DNA of 64,000 bases from Mobula hypostoma (Eukaryota): positions 207,454,001-207,518,000 of the forward strand of contig NC_086097.1 in assembly GCF_963921235.1 (NCBI RefSeq), given 5' to 3'. The notes beneath the pieces are model-generated. The model made no database searches and was not told the DNA's origin. It was given only the letters and a program-made list of their open reading frames with translations. The position numbers were made by a program, and so were the translations under genes. How positions within the stretch are numbered: position 1 is the stretch's first letter; the number at the start of each line of letters is the position of its first letter. Below, piece by piece: positions 35,153-47,193 of this stretch.

Positions 35153-35813
35153 TTTCCGTAGGTGTCAATAGGTACATTTAATGCCAGAGAAATGTATACA
35201 ATATACATCCTGAAATTCTTGTTCTTCGCAAACATCCATGAAAACAGAGGAGTGCCCCAAAGAATGAATGACAGTTAAATGTTAGAACCCCAAAGAACCC
35301 CCAACTCCCTCTCCCCCCACCAGCAAAAATGCATCTGCACCCTCCACCGAGCACTCAAGTTTGCAGCAAAGCATCAGTAAAGACACAGACTTGCAGGACC
35401 CCAAAGACTACTCGTTCACCTGGTAGTTTGCCATACCACAGGCTTTCTCTCTCCCTAATAAGGAAAGAAGGGGTGTCCCCATTTCACAGCGAGAGGGACA
35501 TAACAAAACAACTCGCCAAGTCTGTTGCGTCGCTTTTTCCATGCTCGGTGCCCAAAGAACACAGGTCTCTGGGCACACAGCCAGCAGCCAGCTCACTGCT
35601 TTTGATCTTCGTGTACTCCCATGACACATCAGGTGGTGGCACCGACCATGAATCTGCCCGCCTCCAGAGCCGCGAAAGTCCAGCACCCTGAAGGCGCGCT
35701 AGTCTTCTGGGCTACGTCCTTAGCGTATCGAAAAGCACCGGTTGTGAGGCCTTGAGAGCACGTCCCATTTCTGCAAAGAACCGAAGTCAGCGAGTAACTC
35801 CAGGTCAGGATCT
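35153..35813 (-). mobile_element. Unclassified non-coding retroposed insertion with long TSD
   Basis: Flanked by a 24-bp duplication: TCATGTATGGCACTTTGTCAAAGG (35129-35152) and TCATGTGTGGCACCTTGTCTAAGG (35814-35837). Confidence 0.65.
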
Positions 35814-35856
35814 TCATGTGTGGCACCTTGTCTAAGGCCTTCTGAAAGTCCAGATA

Positions 35857-35993
35857 TCACTCCCTAACCCAAAACAAGCTGCTAGCGCAAAAACTTTCTC
35901 AGTGTTTAACATAACAAAGAAGCATTCCCAAGCATAACATAACAATGAAGCCATTTTAATTAGTCTACGCAGTAAAGGACGAAACCCCCTTAC
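35857..35993. mobile_element. Truncated LTR fragment related to 39664-40380
   Basis: Shares AACATAACAAAGAAGC...GCCATTTT..TTAG...CGCAGTAA...GAAACCCCTTACA end. Confidence 0.65.
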
Positions 35994-36391
35994 ATATACA
36001 ACATCCACTGCATCCCCTTTATCTACCCTACTTGCAATCTTGTCAAAGAATTCCAACAGGCTCATCAGGCAAGATTTTACTTTAAGGAAACCATGCTGAC
36101 TTTGTCCTATCTTGACCTGTGAAACCAAGCATTCTATAACCTCATTCTTAACAAAGGACTCCAACATCTTCCCAAACACTGAGGTCAAGCTAACTGATCT
36201 AAAATTTCCTTTCTGATACCTTCCTCTTTCTTAAAGAGTGGAGTGATATTTGCAATTTTCCAGTCCTCTGGCTCCATACAGGAGTTTAATGATTTTTGAA
36301 AGATCATTAAAAACGTCTCCATAATCTCCACCATTATCTCTTTCAAAACACTAGGTGCAGGTCACCTGGTCTGGGTGACTTATGGATGCTC

Positions 36392-36600
36392 TCCACAGTG
36401 CAACCATAGAAACCTGCGAGAGTCTTTGGTGACATACCAAGTCTCCTCAAACTCCTAGTGAAATATAGCCACTTTCGTACCTTCATTCTAATTGTATCAA
36501 TATGTTGGGTTCAGGTTAGATATTCAGAGATGTTGAAGCTCAGGAACTTGGAACTGCTCTCTCTTTCCACTTCTATCCCTCAATGAAGAATGGCCTGTGT
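36392..36600 (-). mobile_element. Rex1/L2-type fragment
   Basis: Homologous to 39060-39290. Confidence 0.65.
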
Positions 36601-38511
36601 GCTCGGCTTCAAAATCAATTCCCCGACTGAACTGAAATTATTGGATACAGGTTGCAAATGTTAATCACTGACAAGATTGTGAGATGCAGATTAAGGGAGA
36701 TTCACCTAGCTGCCTTTTCCCCATCACACTCAGTTCCCCTGCTATGTAAAATCAATCATGTTAAAATAACTATTAATAATAAAAAAGACATTGATAAATG
36801 CCCAAACATGCACACTATAGGTTCCAAAAGAAGCTCTTCAGCCCTTCTGGCATGTTCCACCATTCAATATGATCATGGCTGATCGTTTTCTACAAATGCC
36901 AGTTTCTGCTTTCTCCCATGTCCTTCAGCATATGAAATTGCAACAGAATTCTGCTTTATCAGCTGTGCCAGCATGAATACATATTGACTAAATTAGCATC
37001 CATACTTAACTGTAAATGAATTTGTAAACTAATAAAATCTCAAGGACAATAAAGTACCATTTATTAAATCAATTTAAAACCTGGAGGAGTGACTGTATAA
37101 TTTATTTTTATCCATATTTACAAGAACAAAATACATATGTTCTGCTTGTCACATCATCTAACTACACCAATGTTTTTTTTTACACAGAATTGTCTGTTCA
37201 CTAAGTCACTGAGAAATGGTCTATGCACTGATTTTCTGGGAATAAAATCTTACCAACTATAACAGATATACATTACCAAAACATTATTGTAATTGGAGCA
37301 AAATATGTAAAACAAATTTCAAGATAGAGAATTGAAAAAAAGAACAAAGGTGCAATTTCTTTAAAATAACCAACCCCTCTTTGCTATTCATTTCTTCTGT
37401 AAATTTTGTCTTTCCTCAAAAATGCATGTAATTGTTTGTTATTTAAACAAAATTCAATTCTCCCCCTCACCACTACCTCCATTTCTCTCACTCATTCCCC
37501 AAATATTCCCCAACCCTCATCAACCAACTCTTTTCCACCTCCTCTCCCCTCACTCCACAGCCTCTCTCTCTCTCCTTACACACTCCCTCATCGCTCTTCC
37601 CCACACTTCAGATCTCTCCTTCACTCCCCATCTCCGACCACTCTTCACCTCACCCCCACCTTCAACTCTCATTCCCTCAATCTACCCCTCATTCTGCTAC
37701 ACTCTAGGGAATAAATTTCTAATCTATTCAACCTTTCCTTATACCTCAGATCCTGTACATTTTCTCTACATGCTTTTATTGACATCTTTCCCATAGTTAG
37801 GTGACCAAAACTACACACAATACTCCAAATGGGCCTTAGCAATGTAATAACCAACTGCAACATTACATCCCAACTCCTGTACTTGGTACCTTGATTTACG
37901 AAGGACAATGAGTCAAAGGCTTTCTTTATGATCCTACAGTGTCTATAAAAAGTATTCACCCCCTTGGAAGTTTTCATGTCTTATTGTGTTACAACATTGA
38001 ATCACAGTGAATTTAATTTGGAAAAAAACTCTTTCATGGTAAAGTGAAAACAAATTTCTACAAATTGGTCTAAATTTATTACAAATATAAAACACAAAAT
38101 AATTGATTGCATAAGTATCCACCCCCTTCAGGTCAGTATTTAGAAGTACCTTTGGCTGCAATTACAGCCTTGAGTCTGTACGGATTGCTCTCTAACAGCT
38201 TTGCACATCTGGACACTGCAATTTTTCCCCATTTTTCTTTACAAAACCGCTCAAGTTCTGCCAGATTGCAAGGGGATCGTGAGTGGACAGCTCTTTTTAA
38301 GTCCAGCCACTAATTCTCAATTGGATTGAGGTCTGGACTCGGACTTAGCCACTCCAGGACATTAACTTTGTTGTTTTTAAGCCATTCCTGTACAGATTGG
38401 CTTTATGCTTGGGGGTCATTGTCTTGCTGGAAAACAAATCTTCTCCCAAGTTGCAGTACTCTTGCAGACTGCATCAGTTTTTCCTCCAGCATTTCCCTGT
38501 ATTTTGTTGCA

Positions 38512-39333
38512 TTCAGAATCAGAATCGGAATCAGGTTTATTATCACTGGCATGTGTTGTGAAATTTGTTAACTTGCAGCATCAGTTCAATGCAATACATA
38601 GTATAGAAGAAGAAGAAGAAGCAGAATAAATAATTAAATAATTAAATAAATAAATAGGTAAATCAATTACAGTACTGTATACGTATACTGAATAGATTAA
38701 AATCATGTAAAACAGAAATAATTATATAATATATTAAAAAAGTGAGGTAGTGTTCAAGGGTTCAATATCTATTTAGGAATTGGATGGCAGAGGGGAAGAA
38801 GCTGTTCCTGAATCGTTGTGTGTGTGCCTTCAGGCTTCTGTACCTCCTACCTGATGGTAACAGTGAAAAAAGGGCATGCCCTGCGTGCTGGAGGTAATAA
38901 TAGATGCTGCCTTTCTGAGACACCACTCCTTGAAGATGTCCTGGGTACTTTTTAGGCTAGTACCCAAGATGTAGCCGACTAAATTTACAACCCTCTGCAA
39001 CTTCTTTCGGTTCTTTGCAGTAGTTCCTCCATACCAGACAGTGATGCAGCCTGTCAGAATGCTCTCCACAGTACACATACATCTATAGAAGTTCTTGAGT
39101 GTTTTTGTTGACATACCAAATCTCTTCAAACTGTTAATAAAGTATAGACGCTGTCTTGCCTTCTTTGTAGCTAGTTCAATATGTTCCGACCATGTTAGGT
39201 CATCAGAAATCTTGACAGCCAGAAACTTGAAACTGCTCACTCTCTCCTCTTCTGACCCATCTATGAGGATTGGTAAGTGTTCTTTCACCTTACCATTCCT
39301 GAAGCCCACAATCAGCTCTTTTGTCTTACTGAC
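38512..39333 (-). mobile_element. Rex1/L2-type 3' fragment inside Tc1
   Basis: [12 protein letters not shown]...KKARQRLYF...[14 protein letters not shown]; (CAGAAT)n tail. Confidence 0.85.
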
Positions 39334-39663
39334 CCTCATTTTACCCTCTACCTTCACAAGCCTTCCAGGGCCTGCTGCAGTGAAGCATCCCCATAGCATG
39401 ATGCAGCCACCACCATGCTTCACAGTAGGGATGGTGTGTTTTTGTTGATGTGTAGTGTTCAGCTTATGCCAAACATAGTATGATGGCCAAAATGCTCAAT
39501 TTTGGATGCATCAGACTACAGAACTGTCTTTCAGCTCACTTCAGAATCTCCCACGTGCCTTCTGAGAAACTCTAGCTGAGATTTCATGTGAATTTTTTTA
39601 ACAGTGGCTTTTCCCTTTAAAGCTGTGACTGGTGAAGCACCTGGGCAACAGTTGTATGTACAG

Positions 39664-40380
39664 TGTAGCTCCCGGTAAGCCTCAGGCTTGCTCAGCTCCC
39701 TTCCGTCTAGGGGGAGCAGCCTTCAACCCCACCAAACTGGGTAATCAAGTTTGTGTGGATGCTGTGTGATGTATCCCACCCCGCCAAAGAACAGACAATA
39801 CATTGTATGCGATTAAATGATAACACTTTATAGATCTTACTGGAACTATGTAATTAATAGAGATAAAATATAAAAGGAAAGTAAAAGGCGCCAAACTTAT
39901 CAAAGTTCAATCACTTCGTGCACAACAGGTGGAGCTCAATTAACAGAGTCTCCTTTCCACCATTCAATCCCCTCCGACCCCATCGACCTGCCGCCTGGGA
40001 CCAACCACGGAGGTCGACCAGATGCTCCACACGAGTCTGTCTTCGTCTCCTCTCCTCGCCGAAGACCCTGGGCCTCGGACTCCTGCTCGGGGTCAGTTCC
40101 ACCACCCAGCTTACAGCATCACGTCTCCTCTCCCTGTCCCCATCGCGCCTTCTGCCCTAAAGCCCGTGAAAAACAATAGCTTACAGACACATAGGAAAGA
40201 ATAACATCTATCCCGATTGGTTTGTTCTCTCTCTTATCAATAATATAACCTAAACAAGCAAAAAGAGAGAGAACTCTTTACATCACAGTTATTATTACAG
40301 AAAAGCCATTTTAATTATAACATAACAAAGAAGCCATTTTGTTAGCCTTCGCAGTAACATAAAAGAAGAAACCCCTTACA
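39664..40380. mobile_element. Solo LTR (717 bp) inside Tc1
   Basis: TGTA...TACA termini with 4-bp TSD ACAG (39660-39663, 40381-40384). Confidence 0.85.
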
Positions 40381-42104
40381 ACAGTCTCTCCCGTTTTAGC
40401 CACTGAAGCTTATAACTCCTCCAGAGTTGTCATTGGTCTCTTGGTGCCCTCCCTCACTAGTCTCCTTCTTGCATGGTCACTCAGTTTTTGAGGACGGCCT
40501 GCTCTAGGCAGATTTACAGCTGTGCCATACTCTTTCCATTTCTTGATGATTGACTTAACTGTACTCCAAGGGATATTCAGTGATTGGAAATTTTCTTGTA
40601 GCCATCTCCTGACTTGTGCTTTTCAATAACCTTTTCGCAGAGTTGCTTGGAATGGTCTTTTGTCCTTAAGGTGCAGTTTTTGCCAGGATACTGACTCACC
40701 AGCAATTGGACCTTTCAGATACACGGGCATTTTTACTACAATCAATTGAAACACTTTGACTGCAGACAGAGATCTCCATTTAACTAATTATGTAACTTCT
40801 AAAAAACAATTGGCTGCACCAGTGATGATTTGGTGTGTTATTTTAAAGGGGGTGGGGTGATTACTTATGCAAATAATTATTTTGTGTTTGTAATTAATTT
40901 ACATGAATTTGTAGAGATATGTTTTCACTTTGACATAAAAGAGTCTTTTTCTGTTGATCTGTCAAAAAAGCCAAATTAAATCCATTGAGATTCAATGTTG
41001 TAAAATAATAAAACGTGAAAACTTCCAAGAGGGCTGAGTACTTTTTATAGGCATTGTATCTACCCGTGTCACCACTTCCATGGATCTGTATCCTTGGATC
41101 CCTCTGTTGTACCACACTCCGCGTGCCCAACCATTCACTGTGCAAGTCCTACCCTGGTTTGTCAACACCTTACACTTGTCTGCATTAAATTCTATCTGCT
41201 ATTTTTCAGCCAATTTTTCAGCTGGCCCAGATCCCGCTGCAAACTTTGATAGTCTTCCTCGCTATCCATTAAACCCCAATCTTGGTGTCATCTGCAAATT
41301 TGTTGATCTAGTTTACCACATTATCATCCAGATCATTGATATAGATTACAAACAACAATGGACCCAGCACTAATCCCTGCGGCACACCACTAGTCACAGG
41401 CTTCCAATCAGAGAGCCAATCATCTACAACCATTCTCTGGCTTCTTCTGCGAAGCCAAGTTCTAATCCAATTTACTACCTTACCTTAAATGCCAAGTGAC
41501 TGAACCTTCTTGACTAACCTTCCATGTGGGACTTTTTTAAAGGCCTTGCTAAAGTCTATGTAGACATATCCACTGTTTGCCTTCATCAACTCTCCTGGTA
41601 ACTTCCCAAAAAACTCTATAAGATTGTTTAGACATGACCTACCATGCACAAAGCCATGTTGATGATCCATAATCGGTCCAACTTAATTACATATCCAGTC
41701 ACTTAGAATACCTTCCAGTAACTTACTGTACCTACTACAGATGTCGCACTCACTGGCTTATAATTTCATGGTTTATTCTTAGAGCTTTTCTCAAACAGTA
41801 ACATTCCAATCCTCTGGCTCCTCACCCATTGCTAAGAACATTAAAAATATCTCTGCTAGGGCCCCTACAATTTCTGCACTAGCCTCCCACAGGATCTGAA
41901 GGAACACCTTGTCAGGTCCTGGGTATCTATCCACCTGATTTTGACTCAAGACAGCAAACACCTCTTTTGTAATTTGTATATGGTCCATGACCTCACTGCT
42001 GCTTTGCCTCACTTCTGTATATTCTGTGTCTGTCTTGTGAGTAAGACAGATGCAAAAAATTCATTTAAGATCTCCCCCATCTCTTTTGGCTCCACTTATG
42101 GATT

Positions 42105-43157
42105 ATGCCCTCAATGCTTCCTTGTGCAATTGGATCCTGCATTTCCTCACTTGAAGACCCCAGTCAGTTCGAATCGGCAAATACATTTTCTCCACAATCC
42201 CCATCAGCACAGGAGCACTGCAGGATGTGTACTCATCCCCCGGCTCAGCTTGCTTTACACCTGTAACCCTGTGGCTAAGTACAGCTCCAACACCATATAC
42301 AAGTTTGTGGGCTGTATCAGAGGGAGACTGAAAACTTGGCTGAATGGTATAATAACAAAAACCTCTCACTCAGTGTCAATAAGATCAAGGAACTGATTGT
42401 AGTCTTCAGCAGAGGGAAACCAAAGGTTCATGAACCAGTAATTTTTGGAGGATCAGAGGTGGAGAGGGTCAGTAACCTTAAATTCCTGGGTGTCGGTATC
42501 TCAGAGAACATGTCCTGGATGCATAATATAAATATTATTGTGAAGAAAGCACGACAGTGCCTCTACTTCCTCAGGAGTCTGCAGAAGTTTGGCATGTCAT
42601 CGAAAACCTTGGTAAACTTCTATAGATATGTGGAAAGCGTGCTGACTGGCTGCATTATGGTCTGATACAGGAACACCAGTGCCTTTGAGCAGAAAATCCC
42701 ACAAAAGTAATGGATTTGGCCCAGTACATCACCGGTAAAGCCCTCCCAAGCATTGAGCACATCTAGTCATCAAAGCAGCATCAGTCATCAAAGATCCTCA
42801 CCACCCAGCTCATGCTCTTTTCTGGCTGCTGTCATCAGGTAGAGGGTACAAGTACATCAGGACTCACACCACCAGGTTCAAGAACAGTAACTAGCCCTCA
42901 ACCATTGGGCTCTTGAACAAAAGGGGATAGCTACGCTCATCTAAGGACTCTGTTATCTTGTTATTTCATGTTCATTATTTATTGCTATTTGTTTATATCC
43001 GCATTTGCATGGTTTGTTTACGGTTAACATTTCCTGATGTTTACAGTTTAGTTACTGTTCTATAAATTTGCTAAGTATGCCCGCTGAAAAAGAATCTGAG
43101 GGTTGTATGTGGTGACATGCATGTACTCTGATAATAAATTTTACTTTGACTTTGACT
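42105..43157 (+). mobile_element. Rex1/L2-type 3' fragment
   Basis: LSVNKIKELIVVF...KKARQCLYFLRSL; (ACTTTG)n tail. Confidence 0.85.
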
Positions 43158-44504
43158 TTAGAAGCCTTTAGGATTCTCTTGCACCTTGTCTGCTAGAGCA
43201 ATCTCATACCTTCTTTTAGACCTCCTAATTCCCTTCCTAAGTATTCCCTTGGATTTCTTATACTCCTCAAGTACCTGAGTTATTCCTACCTGCCTATACC
43301 TGCTATGCAACTCCCTCTTTTTCTTAACGAAGGCCTCAATATCTATTGAAAACAAAGGTTTCTTAAACCTGTTATCCTTATCTTTTATTCTGACAGGAAC
43401 GTATAAGCTCTGTACTCTCAAAATTTCACTTTTGAAGGCCTCCCACTTACCAAGTACACTTTTGCCAGAAAACAACTTGTCCTAATCTAGACTTGCCAGA
43501 TCCTTTCAAATACCATCAAGAATGGCCATTCTCCAATGTGGAATCTCGATCTGATGATGAGTTCTATCCTTCTCTATATTTACCTTTAAACTAATGGCAT
43601 TATTATCACTAGATTCAAGTGTTCTCCTCCACAATATTTGTCATTTGCGCTAATAGGAGATCTAGCATTGCACTCTCTCCAGTTGGGACCTCTGTGTACT
43701 GATTAAGGAAACTTTCTTGAACACATATTACAGGCCACATGCCATCCAGCCCTGTTACAGGTTGGAAGGTCTAGTCAATATATGGACAGTTAAAATCACC
43801 TGCTATAACAACCTTATGTTTCTTGCAATTGTTTGCAATCTTTCTGAAAACTTGCGCGTCTAAATCCTGCAGACTGTTGAATGGTCCATAATATAATTCC
43901 ATTAACATAGTCAATCCTTCCTTATTCCTCATTTCCTCTCACATAGTCTCAGTAGATAAGCTCTCCAGTTTGTCCTGTCTGATCACTGCCGTGATATTTT
44001 CCATGACTAGTAATGCCATCTCCCTCTCTTCAATCCCAATCACTCTGTCATGTCTAAAACAATGGAACTGTGGCTTTCCTCTGCCAGGTTATGACCCCCA
44101 CCCCCAACAGTTTCCAAAGTGCTATACTTGTTGTAGAGGGGATCAATGACAGGGATACCTGGCACAGGCTGCTTATCCTCTTTCACCCCACCCCCAACAA
44201 TCACCTGTGTCCTGCACCTTAGGTGTAACCCTGTATCACCTGTCTATCAACTCTTCAACCTGCCAAATAATCAGGTGTTTATCCAGCTCCAGCTCCAGTT
44301 CTCCATGTGGTCTGTAGGAAACTGCAACTGCATGGAAAGGTTTTCACAAATAAAACAAAATAAGGCGTTTTATGTTCAATGAAACCTGTAACATATTTTA
44401 TTGAACCCCAAAACCTCTTAAAGTGAAATCACAACTCATTGTCGATAGTTGTGAATTATGTACATTTCTCCCAATTACGTTATTCTGCAGAGGATCCCCC
44501 CAAC

Positions 44505-45452
44505 AGAATTAATCACGACTGGAATATAGGTGATAAGTGGCTAATACACTCAATTTTGTTTCTAAAAGGGTTTATCTAACTAATTTAATATTAAACATAC
44601 AGCGAATATTTTCCTCGCATGAATATAGTGTTAAGTCAATTATCAGGGGAGGACAGGGGAACTTGAAGTAAGTGTTGAACGAACTTCCAGTAGAAGTGGT
44701 AGAGGGAGGTTCGATATTATCATTTAACGAAAAATTGGATAGGTATATGGACAGGAAAGGAATTCTGGAAAGGAAAGGAAAGGTTATGGGCTGAGTGCAG
44801 GTCAGTGGGACTAGGTGAGAGTAGCGTTTGACACGGACTAGAAGGGCAAAGATGGCCTGTTTCTGCGCTGTAATTGTTATATGGTTATATGGTTATATAA
44901 GTCACTTATAAGTCAATAGCATCATAACATTATAAGTAACGTTTGGATATGAAACACACAGCACATATATTTTCCCCGTATGAACATATAAAATCATTGT
45001 AACACACTAATATTGCTGAATCAGTGGGAGCCCTGGGCTTGTTTCCCTGGAACAAGACAATGCCATCGAGGGGTGATAGGAGACAGCGATACCCAAGGGG
45101 TTTCCTTATGTCCAGTTTATTCCGCAATTTAGTTTTCGTTGCATTCATTGCAGAGATATGTTGGAAATGGAAGCAACGTTTTCAGTGCTTTCATGGCTAT
45201 CTCAGGATATTTAGCCTTGACTTTGATCCAGAATGCTAGCAGAGATGTTATGTCAAACATACTTTTCAGCCTGGCGTCATTTGTAAGCTCGAGGAGTTGA
45301 TCTCCTTCCCGCGCTGACATGGATGACGCGCGGGTAATGACCTTGCATGCGTAATGGCTCAACAGTACGTGACAGGGAATGAGGAAAGGTGCAGCTGACT
45401 CCTATCGCCAAATCGTATCGTTTCCTCATGGCCTGGTGGTTGGGGACCACTG
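44505..45452 (-). mobile_element. hAT (Charlie/Buster-type) deletion derivative with dimerisation-domain remnant and an embedded CR1 tail
   Basis: LLAFWIKVKAKYPEIAMKALKTLLPFPTYLC and TKTKLRNKLDI; right end GGTTGGGGACCACTG; 45360-45452 is the reverse complement of 4746-4865. Confidence 0.82.
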
Positions 45453-46905
45453 CTGTATGCCATGTTGGGAAGTGGGAATAGGTGAGAAGGAATTGAATTT
45501 GCTGAGGAGGGTGGAATGCTGCTGAGAGGCTGACCAGGCGGTTGTGGCATCAGGAATGAAATTACCTGGTACTCAGTATGGTTGCCCATACAACAACTCC
45601 GCAAATGCTCTTCTAGAGCTGGTCTGATCCCCAGCAGGACCCATGGGAGATGATCATGCTCACACTCGTCCATCTGGGAAGCCTCAGACCAGCCTTTAAG
45701 GAGCTGAGAAATTGCCTGCATAGGCCATTGGACTGTGGGTGTTACGCTGTGGTGTGATGTAGCCTACACTGAGGTTCTGGGTCATTGCATCCTCCAAGTC
45801 TGAAATGAATAGGGGACCAGGAAATATCAGATGGGGTGCCAAACTGAGCAACCCAGGTGCTGGTGAATGCTCGAACCATGTCTGTAGCAGATGTCGATGC
45901 TGGAGGGATGACCTCTGGCCACCTTGCTGTACGGTAAGAAGGTGCATGAAACCTCGGGGGCTGGGGTGGAGGAGGAGCACCAAGAAGGTCCATATTGACA
46001 TGGTCAAACCATCGCTCAGGAACCCCAAAAGGTGCCAGTGGCACCTAAACATGATTAGTTTTTGCCTGCTGGCACTCCATACAGGCTGCAGTCCAATCAT
46101 GCACGTCCTTTCTGAGGCCGTGACAAACAAACTTTAATGCATCCAGATTCTGTGAGGCCTTCCAACCAGATGTGCGAGGTCATGTGTGGAGTCAAAAACA
46201 GAATGTCTCCAGTTTGTGGGCACTAAGTGGATAGGACAACAGGTTGAGACATTGCACAGAAAAGAAACCCCAGCTTCCTCAAATTTAATGTCAGCCAACC
46301 ATAGGCCCGTGACTGCTGTTCGGTAAGCCTAGACCTCTGGGTCAGTAACTTGGTTGGCTGCCATATGGCATAGTTAATCCCTATGTGTATGGGCCTCAAT
46401 GGCTGGCCGTGAAAGGCAATCAGCCACAGCATTATTTTTCCCTTTGATATGCTGTATATTAGTTGTGGTCCGATATGTAGGCCAGGTAGCATTGCTACTA
46501 TGCAGACCAAGGATCTGATATTTTGGCCATCACGTGCACAAAGGGTTTGTGGTCAATGAATGGTGTGAGATGGCAACCCCTAGAAGAGAATTAAAGTGGC
46601 AGACAGCCAGATAGAGATCAAAAGCTCACGATTAAACGTGCTATACTTCCTTTCGGGTAGACAAAGCTGCTGGCTGAAGAAATCGAGCAGCTGCTACGTG
46701 CTTCACACCAATTGTTCGTGCACAGTACCCATGGCATAGTCTGAGCCGTCAGTAGTATTGGCTATGGGTGCAATGGGGAGCTGGTGTATTAGTAGGATCA
46801 TGTTAGAAGGAGCTCGTTTTGTATTGTCAAATGCCCTGGTCATGTCTGCTGACCAGTCAAGCACTTAATGAGGGATATTGCCTTTTAAGCGCACTATACA
46901 GGGGG

Positions 46906-47193
46906 AGGGTGTGTAGCGTGTGGCCAAGTGGTTAAGGCATTGATCTAGTGATCTGAAGGTCGCTAGTTCGAGCCTCAGCTGAGGCAGCGTGTTGTGTCCT
47001 TGAGCAAGGCACTTAATCACACATTGCTCTGCGACGACACCAGTGCCAAGCTGTATGGGTCCTAGTGCCTTTCCCTTGGACAACATCGGTGGTGTGGAGA
47101 GGGGAGACTTGCAGCATGGGCAACTGCTGGTCTTCCATACAACCTTGCCCAGGCCTCAGTCATCATCGAAAATCGATGGACAGCCGAAGAGAG
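46906..47193 (+). mobile_element. tRNA-derived SINE
   Basis: A box TGGCCAAGTGG (46921), B box AGTTCGAGCC (46965), body GTGTCCTTGAGCAAGGCACTTAA; TSD ACAGGGGG; interrupts the Gypsy RT/RH frame. Confidence 0.85.

Larger units (their letters stand above)
33412..36390 (-). mobile_element. CR1 RT/3' region with nested insertions
   Basis: LVRPHLEYCELFWAP, CVPQGSELGPFLF and SQHGFLKVKSCL on the minus strand; CR1 tail at left. Confidence 0.88.
37937..41056 (-). mobile_element. Tc1 transposon (IR/DR type), decayed, with two nested insertions
   Basis: TA-flanked ~200-bp TIRs (CAGTGTCTATAAAAAGTATTCACCCCC / GAGTACTTTTTATAGGCATTG) with inner repeats AAGTATCCACCCCC; transposase motif [28 protein letters not shown]. 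Confidence 0.92.
37690..44334 (-). mobile_element. Long decayed CR1, split by Tc1 (37937-41056) and a Rex1-type insert; 5' end continues at ~49329-49400
   Basis: QHGFVHGRSCLNNLIEFF, YIDFSKAFKKVPHGRLV, WEAFKSEILRVQSLYVP on the minus strand; sequence joins across the Tc1 TA site. Confidence 0.82.

Noticed and set aside
37455..37690. C/T-rich ORFs (37406-37796)
   Set aside because: Low-complexity pyrimidine tract adjoining a CR1 remnant
38830..39423. Novel transposase-RT fusion protein
   Set aside because: Chance in-frame junction of a 5'-truncated LINE inserted in a dead Tc1; neither catalytic core is complete
44488..44505. CAGAGGATCCCCCCAAC as the left hAT TIR
   Set aside because: Better explained as the Gypsy LTR end plus its polypurine tract on the minus strand
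46906..46985. Functional tRNA gene
   Set aside because: No convincing acceptor stem or T-run terminator; continues into a SINE body with a TSD
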